Source of the DNA: Camelus ferus
Taxonomy: Eukaryota
NCBI RefSeq assembly: GCF_009834535.1
Contig: NC_045697.1
Location: 24,864,001 to 24,928,000, forward strand
DNA length: 64,000 nt
Reading direction: 5' to 3'
Every line of letters begins with the position of its first letter. Within the stretch, counting starts at the first letter, position 1. Below are positions 23,801 through 36,834 of this stretch, one piece after another. A program made the position numbers and the translations under genes. A model generated the notes under the pieces. It worked only from the letters and a program-made list of their open reading frames with translations. It did not search any database and was not told the origin of the DNA.

Positions 23801-23959
23801 GAATAAACACAGAACAGAAAGAGTCTAGGCTTTAACCATGGTTTTGTTTTAGTGTCCTTCTCATTCATATGTCTCATCTAATCAATGACTTTCATTGCTT
23901 TTTACTTTACAGATTTTAAATCACCCCAATTCTCTCTAATCCCTCTCACCTCTAAGCAG

Positions 23960-24345
23960 CTCAGGAACCACTATCACTTTCAAGGATAACTGCGACATTT
24001 GAATTGTTCTCTCTTTCCTTTCAGTTTAATGCGATGTCCCTATCAATGTATTTTCAATACTAAGAAAAGACTGTTAGAAAATGAAAATGTGATCATGTCT
24101 CGCCCTCCCAAAAAGTCAATAAAATTCCATCACTCTTAAGAAAATGTGTCAAATTCCAATCCTTTCATGACATGGATTTTCCTTATTAATGCTCTGGCTC
24201 TATATTCTGTCACATTTCCCTTGGTAATCAACATTTTTCCTACATAGAATCATTTGCTGGCTCATGAGATGACATGTTTTTTTATACCTCTGGGCTCTTG
24301 CACAGGGTTATTTCTACTGTCTGGACTACCTACCTGTAGCTCCCC
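23960..24345 (+). mobile_element. L2 fragment
   Basis: 'aaaatgtgatcatgtctcgccctccc', 'acctctgggctcttgcacagggttatttctactgtctgga'. Confidence 0.6.
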
Positions 24346-25299
24346 GTTCCCTGGCTCACTTTGTCTTTGCCTGTAAAACTTTTATTAGGTAAGCGCAAGA
24401 AAGTGCTGAATGCTAAGGTACATTTTAATTTAGTAGTGGATATGGTTTCCGTCACTTCCCTTTCCAGACTGATTTATTATTTGTTCAGTAACAGAAAAAT
24501 AGCATCTGACTTTCCAAAAGTCCTACTGAATTTACATGGAAAATATGCGCTATTATTAACAACATTAATCAGAAGTATCTGTGATGAAGATATTCCCCTC
24601 TTCTCTTTTATTAAACAGATGTATCCTCTTATGGAAGAAAAATGAACCGAAACTCAATCTCCAATTAGGAAATTAGTGGTTGAATATACTGGAGTTATTT
24701 TGATTTCTTCTATGTCATTACGTAAGAAACTAACTAAGAAAAAGCATTGAAAATAAAAAGTGTTCCTTTTGGAAGGTGGAAAATGATTTCAATGACAATA
24801 CTTCCAGGGCATTTGAATTTAATGAAAACATAATCATTAATTTTGATTGCTATTACTTAAATTGCCTAATACCATTTTCCTGTAGCAGAATCAAAAGGGT
24901 AATTTCAAACTAAAAATGGCATAAGACACTGATCTGAGGCGAGAAATACTGCTCAATTTCTTCCCATGCTTTCAAAAGTCAGTGAGCTCTACCATCTTAA
25001 TACCATTCTTTCTAAATCAGATAATAATGGATTTTTTTCCTAATGGGTGAAGCAAATGAGGGAATAAAGATTTAGTCATAGATTTTTTCTGTACTGATAC
25101 GAATTTATGAATAAATGGACAATATTTCTAAATGAGTCCAAGCATTTACAGTTTCAGCAAAGTTGTTCCAGAGTAATAATACAATTGTAAATGTTTTGTC
25201 ATCATCTTTTATTATTTAGTAAGATATTTTTGAGAGATTTATCTTTGAGTATGTGTTATCTAAGAATGTATGCCAGTAATTGGTCTATTTCCTCTTGGA

Positions 25300-25757
25300 T
25301 GCATTCCTATCAGTTCCTCTTCTTGTTTTGCTTAGTGTTGTAGGAACAAAATCGTCCAAGTGTTTGCCTTTGGGCAAATAGTAGAAATTGGAAGAATATA
25401 GGTCAAGTGTAGGAACAAAGTGAGATTATTTCTAAGCTCTCTTTGTTTCCAGTGGCCTCACTGGCATTAGCTCTTTCTTTCCATTATTCTCTTTGCTACA
25501 AAATAGTCCTTTCTTCTATATCTCACTCAGTTCCTGATGAGGTTTAGCCCTTGCAATAGAGCACCAATCTCAGGGCTGTCATAATATCTCTTCTTTTATG
25601 TATTTCCCAGTCTTAGGAGTGGTAGTGCTTCCTGTTGTTTCTAATCTCTACTTACTTTCTCATAAATCGTGTTCCTTCAGTCTTTAATAATCCATGTAAC
25701 CAATTCCCTGGGTTAAATTTTCTCTGAAACACTTAGATGGTTTTCAGTTTCTCTGTA
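25300..25757 (+). mobile_element. LTR33-like ERVL LTR
   Basis: 'cccagtcttaggagtggtagtgcttcctgttgtttctaatctct' and 'ccatgtaaccaattccctgggttaaattttctctgaaacacttagatggttttcagtttc'. Confidence 0.65.
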
Positions 25758-27777
25758 TACAATTTTTTTTTGTTGTTTATTTTTCAGGCATAAAGGGATA
25801 AAGACTAGAGAAACTGTAAGGTGATTCTTCTCATGAGACTGAATTAATCTCTTTGATAAAGCTATACTTCCAACTCAACCCTAAAAGGGGGGAAAAAAAG
25901 ACTCATCATCTTGGAAATTAAAATTTTATATTTCACATTACATATTAAGAAACTGACAAAGAAAATCTCATTATGATGCTGCCTGGATGACACATGAGTA
26001 TTTGTCCCCTTCTTGATGTCTGAAGTCAAGGAATGCCACCAATACATTTCTAGTGCTTTGTATGCATTTCATAAACACCATTTCATGTACCTAGAATCCA
26101 AAGAAATATAATACACAAGCTCTCCTCTTAAAGATGTAGTGGGAGAGAGAGACACATGGACAGAAAATTAGAAAATGAAACAATGAATAGAATATAGATA
26201 TGCATATAGCAACATACAAACATACAAGACAAGAATAAAACCCAGCCTGAAAAGACTTGTGGAAGGTCTCATAAAAGAGTTAAGTGTAATTTTAAATATA
26301 ACATAAATATCTCTATTTGTGAATTCCGTAGAATACTTTCCTTACATATGGCATGTATTTCCAGAGATCCCTGTAATAACTCATCTGTTTACCTTAGTAA
26401 CGAGACACAGTCCAGACCCTCACTGGCACATCCGATAATCTGATACAAATTCTCACACTTTCCCTCTTCTAAAATTATTTTCTTAACCAACAAATCAGTC
26501 CATATATTCATTTTTTAAATGTTCCTTCCATCTTTACTTCTTACTGTAAATTCATTGTTAGTTTCCTTCTAGTAACTGATTGCCTTAAAGCCATTTCATG
26601 TGAAATCTGTATTTCTTTTTTTCCTGTTTCACTCCTGTATTTGGGGCCATGGGTTTGGGTACATTCTTTTCTTGTGTCTCACTATTGTTTCTAAACAATT
26701 TCTTCTCTTGTCTCAATATAACAACTTTCTTTTTGACAATTTTCTGCTATTTTTCTCTCCAATTCCATTGAGGTTTTCCTTTTCAATGTTGTTCCTTATT
26801 TCCAGCTTTCTAAACTCAATGATTAGTTATCTTTTCATATTTTTAAACTCAGATGTATTTAGAAAAATTGATCACTTTACCCTTTTGTTTGCTTTCTTTT
26901 ACCCTGCACTGTGTGAATTTTCCCACCTCGCTGACGAATCCTCTCCCTTCTTTTCTGTTAGCTCCTCCCTCTCTCCTGCTTAAAGCTGTGGATGCATCTT
27001 GGGCTTTCTCCTATCACTGCATCCATGCTCTCCAACTAGCATGCGGTCAGGCGCTTAGATCTTAAACAACTATAATCTGTGATTCTGTTCTGAATCTTCA
27101 GCACTGACTTTTCTACAAAATTCCGGATATGTACATTCAATGCTCACTTGATAGCTTGTCTTCGACGTGTAGTAGGCAATTCAAACTGAACATGGGCCCA
27201 AAAGGCTTATCGATTACTTCCCAAAATCTGTACCCCTCGCAGTCTGAAAACTGTCTTCCCCTTTGAAAACTCCACAATGAGCAATTATAGTTTCTCACAC
27301 CAAAAATGTATATTTAAGTTGGGATAATTCTTTTACCCCCCTATCAATCCACTGGCAATTAATTTTATCTCTAACTCCAATCATATCTGAAATTCACCTA
27401 ATAAAATCTATTATCTCTATGACCACTGTTGAGAAAGCCATAATCATCTCTCACCTGGCCTCTATGCTCCATGGTCTAGTTTTGATCTTCTATAATTCAT
27501 TCTTCAAAATGAAGCTAAGATGACCTTTTACAAACAGTTATGATCATGATACTTTAATAATTAAACCACACATATCTAAGTAAATTAGCTGTAATTTCTT
27601 TATCTGGATTACTTTTGCTCATATTATAGGCCAGGAATACATATTAATTCTTCAGGGAAGTGCTAGGGAAACTTTCTTAAACTCCCTAAATTAGGTTAAG
27701 TCTCATTGGTAAATGCTATCAGTATTCTGCATTTCTTCTCATAACTATCATCACAGTTATCATTATGAAAAAAAATA

Positions 27778-28223
27778 TGTATATAAATCAGCTTGCGCTG
27801 CCATAACAAAATACCATAGACTGGTTATCTTAAGCAAAGAACTTATTTGTCATGTCACACTTCTAAAGGCTGGGAAGCCCGACATCAAGGGGCTGGCCTA
27901 TTTAGTCCCCAGTGGGAGCTTCCTGACTTGCAGACTGTCTCCTTCTCTCTATGTGCTTATATGACCTCTCCTTTGTGTGTGTATATGGGAGATTGAGAGA
28001 GAGCAGGAGGAGGAGAGAGAGGGAGTCAGAGCCAGAAAGAGCTAGTTAGCTCTCTGAGTTTTCTTTTGAGAGCATTAATCCCATCATGAAGTCTCCACCT
28101 TCATAATCTCATCAAATCTTAATTACCTCTCAAGGGACTCATCTCCAAAATAATCATATTGGGGTTAGGGATTCAAAATATGAATTTTGGGGTGAGGGGA
28201 ACACAAATATTCAGTCCATAACA
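27778..28223 (-). mobile_element. MaLR solo LTR (MLT1A/MLT1A0-like)
   Basis: 'gctgccataacaaaataccatagactgg...ggctgggaagcccgacatcaagg...attaatcccatcatga...atgaattttgggg...acacaaatattcagtccataaca'. Confidence 0.9.
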
Positions 28224-28345
28224 CATCTTATAAAATAAGTTATATAAATATTTAATGAGTATATATACACATGTATTATTATTTTTATATTTTCCTTTAT
28301 AATGTAAGGTACATGAGAGCAAACAACATTTCTATCTAATATGTT

Positions 28346-28351
<6 letters not shown>

Positions 28352-28390
<39 letters not shown>

Positions 28391-28400
28391 GTATATATAT
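28352..28400. repeat. (TA)n microsatellite
   Basis: Long ta run. Confidence 0.9.
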
Positions 28401-29714
28401 AGTGATAAATAAATGTTTGTTGAGCAAATGAATAACTTAATGTGCAACTGAAATAAAGCTTGGGTCTCAAAATATAGACTGAAGCCACAGGTGAGGATTG
28501 AAGTTATTGTAATAGCTATGTGATGTTGTCAAGAAATACACTTAAAAAAAGAAGAAAATGTAGCAAAAATTTTGCAGTAGTAGTTCTCAAAAAAAGAACC
28601 GTAAGTTTGAAGACAATGGTATGACAGACTTGGTTTTGGTTACAAAAGTCACAGACGATCTCATTTTTATTTTTATTTTTCTACTTTTTAAGCCTTTTGT
28701 CCTACTGAGTCAATAATTAAGAACTAATAATTATTTACTGAATAAGAAGAAATTTCAAGAATTTTTGGCATTCTCAGCATTGTCCTAACTTATTTCAAAT
28801 TGTCTGGTATAAATTAAAAGATAATGCTTAGTATTAATCTTAAGATGGGATATACATATATACAGAGAGAGAGGGTGAAATGGAAGAAAAAACAAATTCA
28901 ATAGTGTCAGTGAGACTGATTTCAGGCATTTTAACAGGTTTCCCAAGACAAAATATAAATATGCATTATCTTCAACTCAGGTTGGGAGTACAACTTCTGA
29001 GTTTGTCCCTAGTGTTGTCTATTAGTTGCTTCTGGAATCCAGACCTAGAATAGAAATATGCCCGTAGGGCCCTTTTGGCCTTTCAAAGGATCTACTCATC
29101 TCTAATGTTAACCAGCTGCAGCTGTAAACTGCTTCAGCAAGAAAAAACACACATATACACCAAATGAAAACACATCTTTTTTTTTTCCAAAACTATTTTA
29201 CGTTAGCTATCCATCTTGCACAAACATCTGCCAGTAAGATAACTGAGCAAGCAGTTAGAAGAAGCGACATCCACAAAGCTTACTGCCGTTTCCCCTCCTC
29301 ACTCACATGATTACATCTAATAACCAGTTGGAACCTGTGAGATTTACTGCTTTTGCAGAAGGCCTGGGTGTGGGGAAAACATTGGTCAGGGTGACGTTTT
29401 AAAATGAAAAATATAGCTTTACTCTGGTCTCAGAATCTTTATAAAATTTACTCAGTGGGGGTTAACTGCCCCTGCCCTGGCATGAAAATATGGCAGGCCC
29501 TCTGCCTATTTGACTTATTTTTAGATAGCATACACCATTGAAGGCAACGTTTAGAGCTAATAGAGTCACCATTTAGTAAATACATTTCTAATACAAAACT
29601 AAATTTTAAAAATCACAACTATATATAACATAAATTATGTCTCCTCTCCCCAGGTCAGGTCTCTGAGTGAATGGAAATCTCTTATTGCCCCCAACACTAT
29701 CTACACTTTATTTA

Positions 29715-30258
29715 CTTTTAATAAATTTTATTTTTTAGAGTTTTAGGCTCACAGCAAAACTGAAAGGGAGGAAAAGGGCTCATCTATCTCCCTGCCCCAA
29801 GACATGCCTCCCCAGTTAATCAACATCCCCCTCCAGATGGCCACATTTGTTGCACCCGATGAACATACACTGACACATGATAATCACCCAAAGTCCACAG
29901 TTTACATTCATGTTCACTCTTGGTGTTATGTCTTCTATGGATTCAGACAAATGTATACTGGCATGTAGCCATCACTATAGCATCCCTCTACCCCCACCTG
30001 CTGGCAACCACCAGTCCTTTTATTGTTTATTGCCCACAGTTTTGCCTTTTCCAAAATGTCATATAGTTGAACTCATATTGTGTGTAGCCTTTTAAGATTG
30101 GCTTCTTTCACTTAGTAATGTGCATTTAAGATTCCTTCAAGTCTCTTTATGGGTTGACAGCTCATTTATTTTCAGCACTGAATAATATCCCATTGTCTGG
30201 ATCACCAGAATTTATTTATCCATTCACCTACTGAAAGACATCTTAGTTGCTTCTAAGT
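29715..30258 (-). mobile_element. L1MC-like 3' end
   Basis: 'ttttagagttttaggctcacagcaaaactga', 'gatgaacatacactgacacatgataatcacccaaagtccacagtttaca', 'tggcttctttcacttagtaatgtgcatttaagattcc'. Confidence 0.85.
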
Positions 30259-30589
30259 AATGCAGTAATGTAGTCTACTTATAAAAATAAAATAAGCTAC
30301 AATTCTACTTCTGGAAGAAAGAAATGAGCTTCACAGTAAAATTATGTCTGTACCAATAATAAAATGTTTTTGCCAGTTAATATTGACTGATATATTACCA
30401 TTGATACACAATTTTTCATTAAAAAGAAATGTTTATTAATGTATTATAATTATCATTATGTATCAGAAAATGGAGAAACAAGATTAATAAGATAAAATTT
30501 GCCTTCTTTGAGTTTACAGTGGAAATGTGAGTGGAATCTTCCTTACCACGGAAACTACTTGCCATCTAGGTCAGTATTACTTGATGCCA

Positions 30590-30712
30590 ATTAGAAATGT
30601 GGTTTTTTTATCTTGATTCCAAGAACTTCTGATTTACTCAACTTCTCTGGGTCCCTAAATATGTATTTTTAATATGCATCTCAGATGGTTCACGTATTTG
30701 AGAACCACCACT
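30590..30712. mobile_element. MER5A-like fragment
   Basis: 'ttctgatttactc...tatgtatttttaatatgcatctcagatggttc...tttgagaaccaccactg'. Confidence 0.55.
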
Positions 30713-30761
30713 GTTCCAAAGAATGAGACTCCAGAGAGGTACAAACAGTAAAACACAATGC

Positions 30762-33700
30762 AATGGGGATGGACATCAGCAAGACAGCCAGCTAAGACTT
30801 CCTTCACATGTATCTCCCCTCAACAGCATAATTTTGCATTTATACACAGACAGAAGTGCCTTTGTGGGAGCTTTGGGATCTAGGTAGGAGACTGTGAAAC
30901 CTTGGAGAAGTCCAAGTCTGAGGAAAGCTGTTTTGAGAAAGCAAGCCCACACTCAGGTGTCTACTTGTGACTGTAGCCCAGGCTACACACCCAGAAACAG
31001 CTCCATATACCTGAGGACTTCCCTACAGCCCAGTCTGGCTTTGATTCTGTCACCAGCAACAAATACCAAAGTACCCAAGAGGAATCATGCCTTACCTATA
31101 TATCAGGTAATAGGTATACAAATCTCAGTCCTACTTGTAGACTTTAAAGTCTACAGCCCATGAAACAGCTTCAGCCCCTCTTATCACAATCCAGGAGCCC
31201 ATGAAGAAAAGTGATGTTGGCGGTAACCAGTGGACAAGAAGGCCTTTGTGGAAGTCCAGGAATCCAGTGGAGAAGTTGCAGTACAGTTTTGGAGCAAAAA
31301 ATCCAAGATTAGATGCATTGAATAAGGTGAGAGGAGCAGGTTCATATCACCCCTTGCTTAAGACAGGACAGCCCAATGCCAAGAAAAGCCTTTTCAACTT
31401 GTGATTTCTCCAGAGGGGGAAATGTAAGAGCATGCAAGTTAGCATCTGGCTTGCTGAGCTTTGTTGTATGCTGCTGACGAGACTCAGTTTTATCCTGCTC
31501 CATCCAGAATACTGAGGTATGCTTCCTGACTATGGGGCAGGGACTATCTGGGAGAGCAGCAGAAAGGACTTCTGTAGGACATTAAAGGGACATGAATCCA
31601 GCTAAATGCATCTCAGATTCTATCAAGAAGCCTGCCGATGAACTGCTGGGAATGACTTATCTGTGGATCCCCACAACAGTCCCACAGGCAATACTGGTGT
31701 TCTAATCACCTTACCCACACACACATCCCACCCAGCATCTGATTCCTTGTGCATACCCCTGATGGTGGCAAGAGTGAGCCACTGCGGATGGCTAGTGAGC
31801 ACACACAGAGAGCCAAATTCTATGGGTGTGGGAGAAACCATAAACTTGTATATCCAGCACCACTCTAGGGAAAGCAAAAGGGAGGCTGCTGGTATTCAGC
31901 CTGGTTTGGCAGAATCCAGGGAAGGCATATAAGCTTAGGAATTCTGCCACAAAAGGAAGCAAAATATGAGGAGTAGGCGCACCCATAGGGAAGATCTGAA
32001 CAAGCCTCAGAAACCCTAGCAGAGCTGAAGGAATACATTTATCCCAAAATCCAGTCAGTAAAGACTGGAGGAGGTGACCCTACTTCAAATGCAAAAACAA
32101 TAATTCAAGACTTAAAGGAACATATAAAAAAAACAAGAAAACATGGCACCACCAAAAGAACATACTAATATTCCAATAACAAACCAAAAAGACATGGAAA
32201 TGTGTGATTTGTCCAATAAGAATTCAAAATAACTATTTTACAGAAGCTCAGTGAGCTATAAGACAAAGAAAAACAATTCAATTAAATCAGGAGAACAGTA
32301 CATGAATAGAATGAGAAGTTTAACAAGAAGTAGAAACCATTTAAGGAAACAAACAAACAAACAAACAAAAACCCTCTACAGCAGAAGTATACAATCCCAA
32401 TGAAAAATTCAATAGAGATCTTCAACAGTGCATTTGGCCAGGCAGAAGAAGGAATCAGAGAACTTGAAGATACATCATTTGAAATTCTCCAATCAGAGCA
32501 GGAAAAAGAAATAAAAGATCAACTAAACTAAGAGCTATGGAAAAAAAAAAAGATAAACAAAACTGACAAATACTTAGCTAAACTAGGAAAAGAAGAGAAA
32601 AGGCCCCCCAAAATAAAATCAGAAATGAAAAATGGCACCATTACTACCAATACCATGGAAATAAAATAGAATCATGAGACTATATGAAAAGTTATAGGCT
32701 AACAAATTTGATAACCTAGGGGAAACAGAAAAATTACTAGAAACATACAAACTATCAAGGCAGAGTCATAAAAAAATAGAAAATCTGAACAGATCAATAC
32801 TGAGTAAGGAAGGAGGTTGTATCAGCAATCAATAACCTCACAACAAGGAAAAGCCCAAGGCAAGGTGGTTTCACTGTTGAATTCTATCAAACACTGAAAG
32901 AAGAATTAGAGCCAATTCTTCTTAAACATTGAAGAGGAGAGAACACTACCAAACTCATTTACGAGGCTAGCATTACCCTGATATCAAAGCCAGATAAGAA
33001 CACTACAAGAAAAGAAGACTACAGGCCAATACCCCTGATAAATACAATAAACATTCTCGATAAAATCCTAGCAAAATGAATTCAACAGCTCATTAGAAGG
33101 ATTATTCAGCATAACCAAGTGGGATTTATCCTTGGGATGCAGGGATTGTTCAAGATATGCAAATCGATGTTATATATACCATACTGAGAGACTGAAAGAT
33201 GTAAAGTATATTATTCTTTTAATGGACACAAAAAGATTTTGGAAAAAAAATGACATTCATTTATAATAAAAATTCTAAAAAAATCAAGTATAAAAGAAAT
33301 GTACCTCAACATAATAAAAGCCATATATGACAAATGAATAGCTAACATCAGACTCAACAGTGAAAGATTGAAAAGCTTTTCCTCTAAGATCAGGAGTAAG
33401 ACAAGGGTACCCTCTCTCACCACTTCTATTCAACATAGTGCTGGAAGTCCTAGCCAGAGCAATTAGTCAAGAAGAAATACAAATAATTTGTATAACAGGT
33501 ATACAAATTAGAAAGAAGGAAGTTTACAGTTGATATGATAATGGACATAAAAAATTCTAAAGACTCCACCAAAAAACCTTTAGAACTAATCAACAAATTC
33601 AGTGAAGTTTCAAGACTTAAAATCAAGAAGCAAAAAGTAGCTGTGTTTCTATACATTAACAGTGAATGCTCTGAAAAATAAAGAAAGGAAATCGAGTAGA

Positions 33701-34050
33701 ATGGTGGTTGCTAATGGTTGTAGGGGTGGGAGCAGGGGAATGGAAAGATGCTGATCAAAGAGTACAAACTTCCCACTTCAGATGAGTGAATTCTGGGGAT
33801 CTAATGTAGCAAATGGTGATTATAATTAACAATATTATATTGCATTCTTGAAAATTGCCAAGAGAGTAAATATTGAATATTCTTACTATAACAAAAGCAG
33901 AATGGTAATTTTGTTAGTTGAAAGATATTTATTTAACCTTATTGTAGTAATCATTTTGCAATATACATGTGCATGGAATAGTCACACTGTGAAACTTAAA
34001 CTTATACAATTCTACATGTCAATTATATCTTAATAAAGCTAGGAAAAAAA
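30762..34050 (+). mobile_element. L1 (L1MA-like) keeping 5' UTR, ORF1 start, RT portion of ORF2 and 3' UTR, with two large internal deletions
   Basis: 5' UTR ~30762-32140; ORF1 N-terminal part ~32144-32515; ORF2 RT-region remnants ('ccaaactcattttacgaggctagcattaccctgatatcaaagccagataag', 'tctattcaacatagtgctggaagtcctagccagagcaatt'); 3' UTR ~33685-34050 ending 'aataaagctaggaaaaaaa'. Confidence 0.88.
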
Positions 34051-34066
34051 CACACAATGGGTATAG

Positions 34067-34450
34067 TGTTGTTCTGCCCAAATATCCCTGGCAGGGTTGA
34101 CACATCTATCTCCTAGACAAAGGAATTATCAGCTGCTGATAAATTATAACAGCCACTCACAGTTGCCCTCATCCTCAGGGAGATGCTTAATTGCCTAACC
34201 CAAGGTTATTTCCCCTCCCAGAGTTAACATGTGGTCAATATTTGGATAGGAAATGCATAGAATCAGCCTCATGGGCCTTGAACTTATGTTGAGATTGGCT
34301 GAGGCTTCAGTTGCACTGCATTGATAAATAGCCTCTATCCAATGGTTCCTTCCTCAGTTTTGTACAAGTTTATCTTCTGTGTCTCTCTTCAGCAAACCAT
34401 CTGCATGAAAACTTTATTTCAGAGTCTGTTTCCAAGGAACCCAATCAAAT
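34067..34450 (+). mobile_element. LTR16-like ERVL LTR
   Basis: 'tgcctaacccaaggttatttcccctccc', 'gattggctgaggcttcagttgcactgcatt', 3' end 'tttcagagtctgtttccaaggaaccca'. Confidence 0.75.
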
Positions 34451-34759
34451 AGGATCAACAACACTGCTCATTTGACCTCATATTCACTTCTAGTTGAAAG
34501 CATAGGATAGAAGCCCGTGAAAGTTTTAAATACATTTACAATCAGCAATTGGAAAATTTAGATCCAGGGGTAGTAAGCCTCAAATCTCAAAATACGTATT
34601 TTTCTATCTCCATATTTGCAATTTCAATGTCTATCCTTTATTTCTTCCTTCGCTAGATCCTGCATTCCCTCTATTTTTCTTCTCCCCTTCCTCACTTCCC
34701 ACTTTTCTTTTTCCTTTCCTTATTTATTGTTTCCTGCCGTCTTTTCTTTCTTTCCTTTG

Positions 34760-35370
34760 TCAAAAAAAAAAATAAATTATTGGCTATATATCACTATTCC
34801 TGATGTGGAAGAGAGAGCAGTGATCTAGAGAGGAAAAAAAAAATCCTATCTTAAATGAGCCTAAATTATATTATGAAGAAACAATCATAAAATAAGTAAC
34901 ATATATAATATTTTAAATTTTGATAAGTTTTCTGGAGGAAAAATAAAGCATATAATAGGAATAAATATTACTGGTTTGGTCATTACTATTTTAAATAGGG
35001 TTGTCAAGGAAAGCTGGATTGATAAAAATAAAACATGTGTGCAGAAGCCTAAAAGATGAAGATGAGAGTCATGCGGCTGTCTGGGGGAAGAGCATTCCAA
35101 GTGTAGAAATCTGAAATGCAAAGGTCTCCTGCAGACGTATGCTTTTGGTGTATTTGAGGAATATCAAGAACATTAGTTTGATCAGAGTAACAGGAAAAGT
35201 GATTTAGATGAGCTCAGACAAAAGAGTGAAGGAAAGTGTATATTTTAAAAGAATTTTAGGCCACTGTATGGGATTTAACTTTTATTCTGTGTGAGGTTAG
35301 ATACTACTGCAGTTTTTTTAGCAGAGGAATGGTGAGATCTAGACCATGCTTCAAGAGCATCATTCTGGCA
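34760..35370 (-). mobile_element. L2 fragment
   Basis: 'ttttaaatagggttgtcaaggaaagct', 'tgtctgggggaagagcattccaagtgtagaaatctgaaatgcaaaggtc', 'ttttattctgtgtgagg...gcagaggaatggtgagatctaga'. Confidence 0.8.
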
Positions 35371-36366
35371 CCTATAATATGAACCCAGCATTTTGGGTTT
35401 TATTCTTTAAATATGATTGTGAATTCAAAATAATAGCTGCTTACATTTTCTATCTAATGGATGTTTTAATTACATGTTTTGATAACAAATCTTTTAATAA
35501 GAATTACATCTACATAGGTGGATTATTTTGAAGCACTCAAACATGTTAATCTTCATCAATTTTCTATGCAATGCTGTTAAACTTTTGCACTTTGCCCTTT
35601 TCTTTTAACTTCTATGGGAACAATGGCTTTAATGGCATGTTCAGAAGAAAATTATTTAATATCATTACTGTCCAGTTAATTATTTACTAATTATACCCCC
35701 AGCCATTCTTAAGTTTCCTTTTGGACTGTAACTCTGTGCCATTTTTCCCAGCCCAAATTTGTCAAGAATATTTTATTATGTTTTCAATGACAACTGTTAT
35801 CATTGGAAAAAACATCAATGCTCAATGACATTTTAACTATTTTGTTTGGGAAAAGACAAAATTATCCATTAAAGTAAAATAAAGTTATTTTTCTGGCACT
35901 TCCCTTTAAGTTTGTCTTAATAATATGATATAACTTTTACATTAATGAAAATGGTACTATTCTTCATCTGCCATACATAGTTGATTGCATCCTATGTATT
36001 AAAGATTAAACATACACTGGGTCTGCAAAAAGTTAAACAACATTATCTGCCCTCAGTTGGCTGTCAATTAAGAGAAACAAGAAAATACACAGATTGATAG
36101 AATACTGTATTGTAAGTGTCATGATAATCGTCTGGAAGGCTCCCCAGAGACACATTAGAGAACAGGAGGGTAGAGATCAATTCTTATTAGAATCTCATTG
36201 TCCTTCACCTACAGTCCTCCAAGGCTGCTCTTGAGCTAGTCCTTCCTGTTGCTATTTCTTGTCCCATGGTTCTAGGATACTGGACAAATTTGAAGCTACC
36301 AAAAGCTGCATACTGCAGTAAAAAAATTGTTGTTTTGCACTGTCAGCTCTAAGTGCAACTTCACAT

Positions 36367-36834
36367 TGTAAAGTAAAATTTACATTTTATGGCAAGACAA
36401 GAACTATTAAAGCATAAGAAGTTTTTCTCTACCATTTGGCCTCCTCTCTCTTTTCTACTGTATATTGTATATCTGCATTATGCATCTATGAAACCTCCCT
36501 CATCGGCAGAGATACCTGCTCAACCATAAAGAGCAACCAACAAGACACCTAGCACCACCAACAACTCCTTAAAAGATAACATTCCTTCTTCATCTTGTAC
36601 GGCACCACAATGACCCATGGCCCACTGCCTGCTAGACTGTATAAACCATCAATAATATGTCATTTAATGCACAGCCCTCTGTCTCAAAAACTTAGGTAAC
36701 TGTGTTTTGACCTCTAACTGGTGGAACAGTTCTTGGGGCTTTCTGAGAGGCTGCTCCAGGGTTCTAACCCTCAATTTGGCTTGAATAAAATTTTCCATTT
36801 CTTTCTCAGATAGACTGCTTAATTTTTGTCAGCA
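36367..36834 (+). mobile_element. ERV1-like solo LTR (MER34/MER39-group-like) with 4-bp TSD ACAT
   Basis: TG...CA termini; acat at 36363-36366 and 36835-36838; TATA-like tataaa 36640-36645; aataaa 36784-36789 after 'ctttctgagaggctgctccagggttctaaccctcaatttggc'. Confidence 0.85.

Larger units (their letters stand above)
26960..28435 (+). mobile_element. L2 fragment to its 3' end, interrupted by an MLT1A-like LTR and a (TA)n repeat
   Basis: 'aatgctcacttgatagcttgtc...aggcaattcaaactgaacatg', 'catctctcacctggcct'; 3' end 'gataaataaatgtttgttgagcaaatgaataa'. Confidence 0.7.

Noticed and set aside
26600..26983. 127-aa hydrophobic Phe/Leu/Ser-rich ORF
   Set aside because: Product of a T/C-rich low-complexity stretch with a GTG start; no recognisable domain or exon structure
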